From positions 6,944,001 to 7,008,000 of the forward strand of contig JAYWIR010000003.1 of assembly GCA_036172245.1 (NCBI GenBank): a stretch of 64,000 bases of DNA, given 5' to 3'. The notes under the pieces are model-generated. The model was given only the letters and a program-made list of their open reading frames with translations, did not search any database and was not told the DNA's origin. Origin of the DNA: Raillietiella orientalis (lineage: Eukaryota). How positions within the stretch are numbered: the first letter of the stretch is position 1; every line of letters starts with the position of its first letter. Positions 19,178 to 29,399 of the stretch are shown here, piece after piece. Position numbers and translations under genes: made by a program.

Positions 19178-19375
19178 TAGCGGCAATGACACTCTCATTT
19201 CGTGACATTCCTAAGTAGTTATTACTGCACCAGACGATGACTTCTCTATGTCTTCCATAGCCCATAATATAGGGAAGCCTTCCAGGCAACGACGCAAAGC
19301 GTGTGAATTCACGATGGCTCCCTTCTTCTTTTATACCTTTGATTTTTCTTCGTAGAATATTTCTTTGTAGTCTAC
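19178..19375 (-). pseudogene. hemA: 5-aminolevulinate synthase, N-terminal fragment (alphaproteobacterial type)
   Basis: VDYKEIF/[frameshift]/KIKGIKEEGSHREFTRFASLPGRLPYIMGYGRHREVIVWCSNNYLGMSRNESVIAA; WCSNxYLGM motif; no intron or mitochondrial presequence. Confidence 0.9.
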
Positions 19376-19460
19376 CGAGTTTTTACCTATTCATAGCTAA
19401 TGGAATCATGAGGAATTATTCAATTCTTTTATATTTATTCCTTAGCTTACTGCTGTACAA

Positions 19461-19610
19461 CAAGCTTCGCTGGGATCCGATCTTTTCATGCAGCCTCATC
19501 AAAAACGTTTGTTTTAGCATAAGACAGCCACTTTTATGCTCATTTGCTCAGCGTGCTTATTTATAATCAAAATTCCGGGATTCCATCGTCAGGTGCTGGA
19601 ATGATACCCT
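19461..19610. repeat. Degenerate Wolbachia palindromic element-like intergenic repeat
   Basis: CTGGGATCC...GGATTCCATCGTCAGGTGCTGGAATGATA resembles recalled Wolbachia repeat termini. Confidence 0.6.
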
Positions 19611-19639
19611 TTCCGGGCTCTTAAATTGAAACTAATCTA

Positions 19640-20050
19640 AGCTATACATATTAAGAAATGTACCAAGTGAAAAAAAAGGCAAAAGAAGCCCCGTGGCAGC
19701 TTGTCATTCACTGACCATTTCTCAATATTGGTCAGAAAATTTATAAAAGGTGCACACAGTGCAAAAAGTGAAACACGACACGCCAAATACCCAAAGTTTT
19801 CTGCCATTAACCTGCACACATTGCAAAGGTAAATGATTAGCTTCACTACCACGATAAGGGGAACGGCGGGGGTTGGCAAGGAGTTTTTGTGCCATTTAGC
19901 CACCGGCCTCCTGATGGGCAATGTCCGCATACTTTGCTTAGCATTTATCTGTGTGAAGCTTCCTAAAAACACTTTGCAATGGCTGAGAATTATCTGTTTA
20001 ATAATAAATAATTAGCTTCACTACTATGATAAGGGCGGACACAGGGATCC
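19640..20050. repeat. Wolbachia-type intergenic (MITE-like) repeat with internal duplication
   Basis: AAAAAAAAGGCAAAAGAAGCCCC start; ATTAGCTTCACTACYAYGATAAGGG occurs at ~19836 and ~20010. Confidence 0.5.
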
Positions 20051-20054
20051 AATT

Positions 20055-20273
20055 TTATAAAGCTTTGGCTTCGTTTAACGCCTTCGAAGTCAACGGTTTC
20101 TGCACCGTCAGCATCGCAACCTCAGATGATGAAATATCTTCCTCTTCACGCTCTGTTGCTTCTCTGAATAGCCTTTCTGCTAGTTCTTGAGCAGGCTGCT
20201 TATTAAATTCAGACGGTTCGGCGAGACATTTTGAAGTTTCTGAATCAAGAGCTATATTAATTGCATCTGCCAT
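20055..20273 (-). pseudogene. Wolbachia-like small hypothetical protein, putative antitoxin of a RelE-type toxin-antitoxin pair
   Basis: MADAINIALDSETSKCLAEPSEFNKQPAQELAERLFREATEREEEDISSSEVA resembles a recalled Wolbachia family; C-terminus probably frameshifted; no toxin visible. Confidence 0.55.
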
Positions 20274-20419
20274 AAGTTTACCAAAATCTACCACTATGAA
20301 GATTATACAGGATTTTTTTAAATTTTTCAATAAGAGAATGGATCAGGATGGAGTACTGTATAAAAATCTGTTTAAGCTTATTACAGCAAATCCAAAGGTG
20401 TCTTATTATCATAGAAGTC

Positions 20420-21160
20420 TTTCCGAGCCAACCCGCGTCGAGCGGGCGTGCGGGGCCTCCCGGGGGGGGGGGGTCGGTTGCGCCGTCTCGCATCGGTCAG
20501 CCGGGGATCGCGCCTGGGGTGCGAGGCAGATCCTTTCCGGGAGTCGAGATGGACAGGAGAACGTGGGACAAGCTGAAGACGAGGCAGGAATCGCCCTCAC
20601 CATCTCTCGTCACGTGATTCCTCCACGTTCTCTTTCCGGGTGGCACTCCGGAGGTGGCGCGCGGACGGTCAGCTGCAACCAAAGAGGTTCAGGACGTGGC
20701 TCTCGGCTCAGCGGTGTGGGAACTGCGCCTGCGGCTACCCAACTACCTCTTTCCTTTCTATCCTCTCGGTCTGCAAGGGAGGTCGTATGGAGGCGGATGC
20801 CCGGTGATCTCGGGGGAGCGAGGCACACGAAATGCTCTGCTGGACGGCAGCACGGTGCGTCGCTGCTGCTGTCACTCGGAGGATCAGAGAGAGTGGACGA
20901 CGTCTGATCCCCTGACACCTACGGCGGTGGTTCACAAAGTTATCGCCCTCCCGCATCCATCCGGTAGCATAGAACCTCCAGGAGAGCAGACCTTCTGCCA
21001 TCAGGCGGTGCTTTTCTCCTCCAGGAGGCTCGATAGCATCTCGTGATGCGTCGGGAGAGGTCCAGAACTCCTTCAGGCGTTCTGAGGTCGCAGCTACCGG
21101 AAGCCTGAGAGTCATGCTTCATCCTTGCAATCTACTCCCACGAACCGGGAACCGAAAAGC
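20420..21160 (-). mobile_element. Degenerate LINE ORF1 (gag-like) fragment
   Basis: LRLP...ERLKEF...YATGWMRE pattern; marks the right end of the Wolbachia-like island. Confidence 0.4.
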
Positions 21161-21229
21161 AGGGGGAGCCTATAGACAGAGCGATTGAGAGGCATCGAAG
21201 TGGAGGAATTGCCGAGGAAGCAAGGAATT

Positions 21230-21440
21230 GGCGAAGAGGAAGAGGGGGTGATGGTAAAAAGAAGGAGGAGGAGAAGAGGAGGAGGGGAAGAGAAGGGAAG
21301 GAAGACAAGAAGAGGAGAAAAGGAGAGAGAAGAGGAGAAAAGGAGGGGGAGAGGAGAAGATAGAAAGAAAAGGGAGAGGAAGAAGGGGAGGAGGCGGAGA
21401 GAAGAGGAGGAGGTGGAAAGCAGGAGGATCAAGGATGAAA
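21230..21440. repeat. Purine-rich (GGA/GAA) low-complexity tract
   Basis: About 200 nt almost only A/G on the plus strand. Confidence 0.85.
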
Positions 21441-23474
21441 AGAACAGTTGTGCTTTTATGGTGACGGTGACCGGCCATCCCAGCGTGCAGCTTCCGGGTT
21501 TCATAAATTCAAAAGTTCTCTCCAGCAGGGTCAGGAGAATTCCGCGCCGAAGCCTCCAGGCGGATGCACTTCAGGAAAGAGGGATCCGTGCCTGAAGACC
21601 TCCCTGGAAGGATCTGTAGACTCGCACTTCCAAGATCGGGAAAGAGCTCTCCTTCGTTTCCCGATTGCAGTTCCTGAGGATGGTGCCACCGACGACGCTG
21701 CGGGGAGAAGGCTCGGGGCAGCCTCCCATCCTCTGTAGAGGAGGCGCCTCCCGTGCTTCCTGGCGCCTTTTCCCCCGTCCTCTCTGGCAAAGACGGGAGG
21801 TGGCCTGCCAGAGAGCCTGGTGGGAGGACGGAAGGGCGCCCTCCGATCCACTGCCTTCCACAGAACCTCTGTGGACGAGAAGGGCCTGGAAGCTCTATGG
21901 AGTGGGGTGGCTGGTCGAAAAATGAGGAGCAGAGAGGGTTCCAGCTGCCTGGCGCTCCCGTCCATGCGGGCAAGAACGGGGTAGGTGGGAATGATAGCGG
22001 TACTGGATGGGGGAGACCTACGCTGACCACCTTACACCCCAAAAGAGCATCTACATGGACCAGAATTTCCCCGTTTATTTCCTGAGGATACCGGCCATTT
22101 CGGGAGTGGAGGCGGAAGGCGGGGGCTGTGTGGGGTGCAGACGTCGAATGCAGAGGGCGCAGCGGCCTCACTCCAGTTCTTCGCCGGGCTCCGGGAGCTT
22201 AACTGGGGGGGCGGGACTCGTCTGGAAAGCAGGGGAGATCACGCGGACGCTGGGCGGGGAGGAGGACGACCCGGCGCCGCAGTTGCAAGGATGCTTAGTG
22301 CGCTTCGCTTCCCTCCTCTTCCTCTGCCCTGCAGATGGCGACCCGCTCCAACTCCACCCGCCTGGCAGTCGCGCACTCAAGGAACGCCTCCCGCTGGAGG
22401 GGCAGCCAGTAGAGCGGGCCGGGCGGCTTCTGAAGCGGTCCGTCTCCGGACAACCCAGGTCCTCCCACCCGTCCACCGAGTCCCTTCGGAGCCCTCGCTC
22501 TCTCTGCACGGATGGGAAGAAGGGTCCTTCGCTCCCTCTCCCTTGAGTGGGAAGTCAGGAACCAGGGATCAAGGCCGTCCGGATGAGCGCGACACGCCCC
22601 GACTCCAGGATTCCCTGGCGTCTTTCCTCCTCCTCTTTGAAGCTCGATCGCCGCCCTCCGGCGCGCCGACGCAGACGCCAACGCGTCCCTCAGTGCACGC
22701 GGACGCACGGAGTGCCAGTCCTTTGGATCGTTTCCCCGAAGTATCAAGTCAGCTCAGCATCCCCTTCCCCTTGCAGTCGTCGAGGGCATTCGCTTTCGTC
22801 TCCCCTCTTCCGGTTCGGGGACGAGGCGGGAAGAACCGAAATGGGCATCGGAAAAGCACAGCGCTGTCCGAGAACCGACGACCGCTTCGTTCGTCGCTCA
22901 ATAGATGGCGCTGCGTTGCCCGAAACGGAAGCTCCCTTGCAGAGGCGGCGGCGGAGAGGGTCCGGTGAGAATCGGCCGCTAACCGCGGGCGATTCGCTTC
23001 CACCACTCGGGATATGTCTGCTCCCGGACCAGAGCTGTTCCTATTGGGCCGGCGCTTTCCGCCTGCTCTCGGGGAAGCTGGGAAGGTGGACCGCCAAGGC
23101 AGGCGGGGAAGGGAATGCGCCGCCGGTGCAAGCATCCCTCCCTCTGCCGCTTCAGAGACCGTGAAAGGTCGAAGAGGGGATGGATGGCAGGTCGGCGTCT
23201 TTGGAAACGACACGACCGACTCTTCGCGTGCGGTCGGGTGCCTGGTGATCGCGAAGGGTGGGGTGGGGGGCATCTCTCCCCCCAGGGGCCAAGAGGGAGC
23301 CGTCTCAGAACAACGCGCGCACGCGGGTGGTGCTGCTGGAGCACAAATGACTGCAAGCACCCGCCCCCTCCGTAAGATGCAGACCGTCGAGGCCGTCTTC
23401 GCACCCCCGAGCTCGGCTTTGCCACACGCCTGGAGGCCACTCGACCAACTCTCCAAACCCGGATAAGGCTATAC

Positions 23475-23652
23475 CTTGGAGCTGCCCTATATTCTTGTGG
23501 ATGTTGTAAATCACCAGGAGCACGATGTAGGTGACCAAGAAGCTCACGGTGAACATCAGCATGAAATCCGTCTCCAGGCAGGGAACAACTGGCTGGGAGC
23601 GGGCATGTGCCGCCGGCATGCCCTGATGCGAGGTCACGGGCACGGCCGACAT
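23475..23652 (-). CDS. Putative first coding exon of a single-pass (type II-like) membrane protein, paralogue B
   Basis: MSAVPVTSHQG...DFMLMFTVSFLVTYIVLLVIYNIHKNIGQLQ; strong C/G third-position bias; weak donor GTATAG at 23474. Confidence 0.45.
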
Positions 23653-24031
23653 CGCTCCTCGCGTGCTTCGCCCGAGGCTCCCTGGATCGGGGTCTCTACC
23701 GTCCTTGGCGACACAGCCGTTTCACGCGGGCCACGGCCCGCAGCGAGCCCTCTTCACCAGCAGCGCCGGCGAGGGCTTGTCGCTGACTTTCCCTTTCACG
23801 GACAGCTGACCGGGCGGTGCGTTTCGCTCCCTCGCTCCGCCAACAATGGAAAGCGAGAGCGCGTCGCCCGGGAAACGAGCCGCAAACATTCGAGCCGGCG
23901 CGGTTCCTCCTCTCCGGCACGGCGCCTCGGAGCGCAGCGCGTCCGTCGGCAACACGCGGGCAAAAAACAAACAAACACGGGGGTGCCGGTGGGCTCTCCA
24001 AGGGGGTTCCTGCGCGCCTCCATCCGGACGA

Positions 24032-24229
24032 CCCCCGCGTTCCCTTTGCGGCAGCTTCTCGCGGCGCCCAGCATCCGCTTCTTGCCGTGCCTCGTGCCCT
24101 CTGGGTCGGGAAGCAGCAGCCGGAACCCCCTCTGGAGCTATAGAAACCCCATCGGACCAGGGTCGGGAGCAGCCACGTCCGGAACCCTCCCCCTCCTCAT
24201 CGCGGCGTGCCAGCGCGACGAGGACTGCC
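24032..24229 (+). repeat. Local direct duplication, copy 1 (copy 2 at ~26094-26311)
   Basis: CCCCGCGTTCCCTTTGCGGCAGCTTCTCGCG...GGACCAGGGTCGGGAGCAGCCACGTCCGGAACCCTCCCC shared. Confidence 0.85.
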
Positions 24230-24595
24230 TCCCGCGTCGCTCGCTCGCTCTGCGGAGAGGCCAGCGTCGCGCGGAGGCCCGCCTCCAGGTGCCATCCAGG
24301 TGCGGCTCCGTTTCGGCCCGTTCCCGCCGCCGCCGCTGCGAGGGGACGGGGACGCTTCGGCCGCGACAATCTGGGGCAACCCGGGTCTCTCGGCGCAGCT
24401 GCGCCTCTAGCGGCCTGGTCGCGGCGGCCCTTCGTTCCCCGACCCGGCGGCAGCGCAGGGGGGAATGACGCGCGCGCGTGCACACCGCGGTGTTCCCCCC
24501 TCACGGAGGGCTTCCGCCGCGACCGCGGTCACAGCTCGAGCCCCCCCTCTCGGGGGAGGAGTCCGGGTCGGCGGCTCCAGCCCGAGGGTACTTAC

Positions 24596-24889
24596 GGGTT
24601 TCTTCGAGTACGAGACGTACAGGAGGTACAGGATGACCAGGAAGATGTAGCCCGCTACCACGGGGATGACGTACTTGATGACGAAGTCCACGTTGTAGAT
24701 GCCCTCCGAGGCACGGATCTGGGTATGGTTGGCCTGCACGGGGACCGCCACGAAGGCTGGCTGCGCCTCAGCGCTGGCGCTCAGGGTCCGAGACTTGCCC
24801 TTCTTCTTGCCCTTCTTCTTGTCGGGCTTCAAGGGCGCCGCCCGTGCGGTGATGGCTTCGGGGGCGGGCGATTCGGCCTCCGAGGACAT
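24596..24889 (-). CDS. Putative first coding exon of a single-pass (type II-like) membrane protein, paralogue A
   Basis: GCC-ATG context; basic tail KKKGKKKGK, then DFVIKYVIPVVAGYIFLVILYLLYVSYSKKP; consensus donor GTAAGT at 24595; strong codon bias. Confidence 0.65.
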
Positions 24890-26093
24890 GGCGGAGTCCG
24901 GGGAGAGACAGCGAGGGGGGCGCCGGGGAGAGGTCAAAGGAAGGAGGGTGAAGGCACGGAGATTCCACTCCGATTGTGGAGGACGCTGGAGATTTTTGCC
25001 TGCGCGCGCTAGAGCGAACAAATGAGGAGGTCAGAACAGAGGGGGGGTCGCTAGGCAACCTCGCGTACGGGGGAGGGGGCGAGGGGTCTCCAGCCGCCCG
25101 CCTCCTGGAGCGAAGAGGAACGCCCGTAGCAGCAGCACGCGCGTGCTCAGTTTTCGGTCCATCGTCTTCTGGGCACGCGAGGAATGCTGCCCTTCTTCGG
25201 GATGCTCCGCTAGAGACCAGCCCGCGGGCAGCCTCTTGGGGATCCGCTCATCCCGAACTGTCTCTCTACGTCACTGTGGGGCCTCCAGCCGGAACCCTAT
25301 GCAGCGGAACAGCGTGATTTCTCCGTCGGGCGTCTCAGGCTTCCCCCTAGCGAGCGAGGAAGGGACCCAGGCGATAGATGGGGAGGGGAGGGATGAAGGC
25401 ACTTTGGATGGCACGGGGTTGTCAAGTAAACCTCGCAATGATCCGGCCATTCCGCGAGTCCGCACCAGTCCATCACGTGGGGAGATCATGGAGAGGTCAC
25501 TCAGGAGCCAGGCGCATCCGTGGGGTTCCCGAGGTGCACCTGCGATCGCCCCCGAACTGGATGCGCCTCCTTTGGCTGATTCCTCCCTGTCCGCGGGGCC
25601 GCCGAGCCGGACAGCGTGGAAGACCCCACGACCCTCCGGTAGGGCTGCTCCGGCCCCCGACCCAGAGGCCGGAGCAGCCCTACCGGAGGGGGAGAAGGAA
25701 GCGGCCCCAACCTCGCCTTTTTCACGGAGTGCCGCTCCCCCCCACCCACTGCACTGAAGACCGCAGGCATCCGATGCGAACCCCCTGGGAAAAAAGGTCC
25801 CATCCGCCACCACGGAGGAGCAAGTGCGCCCCTTTCCCGCTTCCCGTGGCAACGGTGGAGCGAGGAAGAGGCGCGTCTCCAATGACAAACACCTGATCGC
25901 GGTGTTCGCGGAGCGCGCCCTCCGGCGAGGCGCCAGAAAATCCCACAAGGCAAAGTCTGAATCCTCCCACGTAGCGGAGGGGCAGACTCCGACTCCATGG
26001 ACGACCCGACGCACCTACTGGGAGGCACCCCTGACGGATGCCCCCTCCGGGAGCCGAATGGGCTGCTCCCTGAGAACGCGCGATGCGGGCAAT

Positions 26094-26311
26094 CCCCGCG
26101 TTCCCTTTGCGGCAGCTTCTCGCGCCGCCCATGATCCGCTCCTTGCCGTGCCTCGTGCCGTCTGGGTCGGGAAAGAATGAGGGAAGGGAGATAAATCAGC
26201 AGCCGGAACTCCCTCTGGAGCTATAGAAGCACCACCGGACCAGGGTCGGGAGCAGCCACGTCCGGAACCCTCCCCCTGCTCATCGCGGCGGGCCAGCGCG
26301 ATGGGGACTGC
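26094..26311 (+). repeat. Local direct duplication, copy 2
   Basis: Matches 24032-24229 with a short insertion. Confidence 0.85.
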
Positions 26312-26639
26312 CCCTCGAGGCCTCTCCCTCGCCCCCATTCGAGGAAGACGGCAGTAGACGTGACCCCCAGGGAGTGTGGACGGGACTGTCCCTCGGCCGC
26401 TCTCGCAGGAGCGCCCCCTGACGAAAGGTACGCCGCGCGCGCTGGCAACCGGGAAGACCTCACCCCGGAGGGCACGAGGACACTGCGCGTCCGCGTGCTC
26501 GGAGCCCTTCCGTCCTTTCCGGAGCCCCCCCCTCCCCTAACGTGCCAGCACCCTCGGGAAAGCCTGCAGGCTACGCGGGAGCTACCCCAAGGTGCGGCGC
26601 GCGGAGGGCAGCTGGTGGCAGCTCTCCCGGAAACCTGCA

Positions 26640-27420
26640 CGAAGCAGAAAAATCCGGACAGATCCGCTTGTTCTTGGCACCCCACCGCCGCGGGCAAAAA
26701 GCGAGAGTCTCCAGGGGTCAAGCAAAGGATAGGGAGGGGGGAGGCCTTTCTGGTCACTTTTCGCGTTCCCTTCCTGGCTCCGAGGAAGTTCCACTGAAAC
26801 CAACCAGCCAGCGCCGTCCTCAAGAGCGCCGCTACCACGGTCATCTGGTTGCCCCAGGGCTTTTTTTTTCCAGACAAAGGAAGACGAACGGGCAGCGTGG
26901 ACCGGCGGATCCAAGGGTAGGAGGACCGCCGACGCGCCGGCCGGCTGTATGGAAGGACAGGCTATGGGGTAGGGGAAGTGCTTGGGAGTGTACGGCTGCC
27001 TGCCTGTGGCGCAGCTCCCGCACGAGGGAGTCGCCATCCTTCGTCCGGGGACGCCGCCCACTGGTTACCCGCTGCAAGGACAGCAATGCCTCTTCTTGGT
27101 GGGTGCCACCAGGCTGTCCAAGTGGAGGGGGAGGGATCGCGGAATGCCCAGGTACGTTCTGCACAAGGGAGAGGTCCCCTGGAGCGGGCACTGGGAGTCG
27201 CCGCGTCGTCCGACCAGCCCGCCCTCCACCGGCTCACCAATTCCGTCGCTCTTGCTACATGGCCACCCGCCCTATCGCTGGCGACCTCCCGGAAGTCCGC
27301 GAGATGCAGGGAGAATCGGGCAGGTCCGCCCGTTCTTGGCGCTCTGCCGCTGCGGGCAAAAAACAGGAATCTCCAGAGACTAAGCAAAGAATGTGGGGGG
27401 AAGGGGGGAAGGGAGGATCC
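26640..27420 (+). mobile_element. Degenerate LINE ORF2 C-terminal fragments; related inverted copy at ~33590-34140
   Basis: GGCTGCCTGCCTGTGGCGCAGC shared with the reverse complement of ~33600-33625; 26640-26740 resembles 27300-27410. Confidence 0.6.
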
Positions 27421-29399
27421 TCTTCTCCCTTCCCGTACAGGGTACGGAGCTGCAGTTCGGGACGACTTTTGGTTCCTTTCCTCTTCCTCCCAGGTTGTGA
27501 GTGGGAAGCTAACTTCTTGACCCCGGCGTCCTTCTTTTCTTCCTTGCTGTCCCACTTCCACATCAGTCCTACCGCGCCTTCGGTGGCGCGTTGTCACCAC
27601 CGGACCAGGGTTGAATTTTTTTATTTTCAAAATGGAAATGTTCTGTTTAAATTTTATATGGCGATATGGTCGGGAAGGGAGGGCGAAGGTGGGTTGTGGC
27701 CGGCGCGGTGAAAGGGAGGAACCCGACCCACATCCGCCCCTCTAGCGTCGACGATCTCCGGAGAGTGCAGGGGCGCCATCTCCAAGGGCGACCCGGAAGA
27801 CGTGGCGAGGCGACCCTCCGCGCATGGCACCGTGCCACGGCGGCGGTCGGCAACGGCTTGGTGCTGCCCCGGCGGAGTGGGAGCCACCCCCGACCCACCG
27901 AGACGCCATACCCATCGAGACGAGAGCTCCCTTTCGAGGGTGACGACAACATGGCCGCAGTCCTCGCGCTACGAGGAGGACCTCGCCGGCATCCTGCTCT
28001 GAGCAGCGGTGAGGATGCCGGACATTTCCCTGTGACTCCCTCCCTTGGTCCCTGACATTTTTCAGAACGACGCCTTCTCTCCCCCCCCCCTTCCTTACTC
28101 TCCCCCTCCTACTATCTCTCTGCGGACCTCGTTAGGCAGCTGCCTGCGAGCAGGAGCGCGCCTCCTGGACTTGGACTGAGGTGGTGGGATTTCCGGTCCC
28201 ATCGCTCAGAAGAAAGGGTCATATTCTATGGACTTCCCGACTACCTGCCCGTAAAGATTTTTTGACCGGGAGAAACTCTCCGAATCAACCGTTCCTCGGG
28301 AGCGCCCGCGAACGGCACGCCCAGCGGGAGCCGGAGGGTTGGCGCGAGTCCTGCGCCCTCTCGAGGCGGGGCTCCAAGGCAGCGACTGCGTGCCGACCGC
28401 TTCTTCCGCACTGACGCGCCCTCCCTGGTGGGCCGCGAACTCCGGAGGGAAAGGGGGAGGAGGAACACCCCGTACGTCACCCTTGGGTCACAAGCAGTCT
28501 CCTCCACCTCTCGTCCTGCCACGACCCACTGAAGGCGAGGGGTCACCGTTGCGCGGCCGGTGCAGCGGAGGAGGCAGACCCAGGCGATGCTTCCGGCGGA
28601 CGTCGGACGGGAGAGCCGCATGGCTGGCGCTGCGCCTTCCCCTCTCTGATGCTCGTCTTAAAAGTATTCTTCACAGTAAACGCTCCCACGTGATCTCGCC
28701 CAGGATAGTCACCTATTTGTTTGCGAGAATGAGGTCAGATTACGCAGCGATAGACAGAGAAGAGTCGACGTGCGCCGTCCCGAACCCAAGGAGACTGCCC
28801 TGGCAGGGAGCGGAACTAGGGAGGAGGGCCACAGTGAATACACAAATGGATGGGGGATGGGTTGAAGCGGCCTCAGGGCATTCTTCTCGGGTCTCGAGGG
28901 TCTGCAGGAAAGCAAATGGATGCGATGGGCGCTCTGACGGGCAACAGTCCGACTGGCGTGGGACGGTTGCCGGCTCTCGAATGATGGCCCCGCCCCCGCA
29001 AGGAAGGCCGGCGTCCGGAGGCGTTGAGAACGCTTGAGAGGGGAGCACCTGTGATCCCATTTGGGGACTTTCGCGTTCGATGTGGAGGATCTCATTGGGA
29101 AGCGTCTGCTTCGTGGGGCACCGGGTCTCGGGCAATCGCTGATCGACGGCGGTCACCTTCGGTTGATCCTCAAGGAAACTTCTCTTCCTCATTCTCTTCG
29201 GAAGGACTACCCAGAAGGAGCCGCTCCTGGTCTCCTCCTCTGATTATAACCCTGAAGGAAGCAGCGCGCTTCTTGCACTCTGAGAAAGACAACAGGCAGA
29301 CAGACAGAGGATGCAGCTTGGGTCAGGGATTGTTGGATAGTCCTATTTCAGCATCCTCACGTGCCGAAAAGGGAGTTCATACCCTTCCCTCTGCTCCAC

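Larger units (their letters stand above)
17340..20420. other. Nuclear insertion of Wolbachia-like (Rickettsiales) DNA; boundaries approximate
   Basis: AT-rich intronless island with bacterial pseudogenes (prohead protease, hemA, putative antitoxin) and Wolbachia-type intergenic repeats; flanked and interrupted by host LINE pieces. Confidence 0.85.

Noticed and set aside
17340..20420. Island as bacterial contamination, or as a functional horizontally acquired heme gene
   Set aside because: Stops, frameshifts, truncation and a TSD-flanked eukaryotic LINE insertion indicate integrated, dead DNA; hemA lacks most of its catalytic domain
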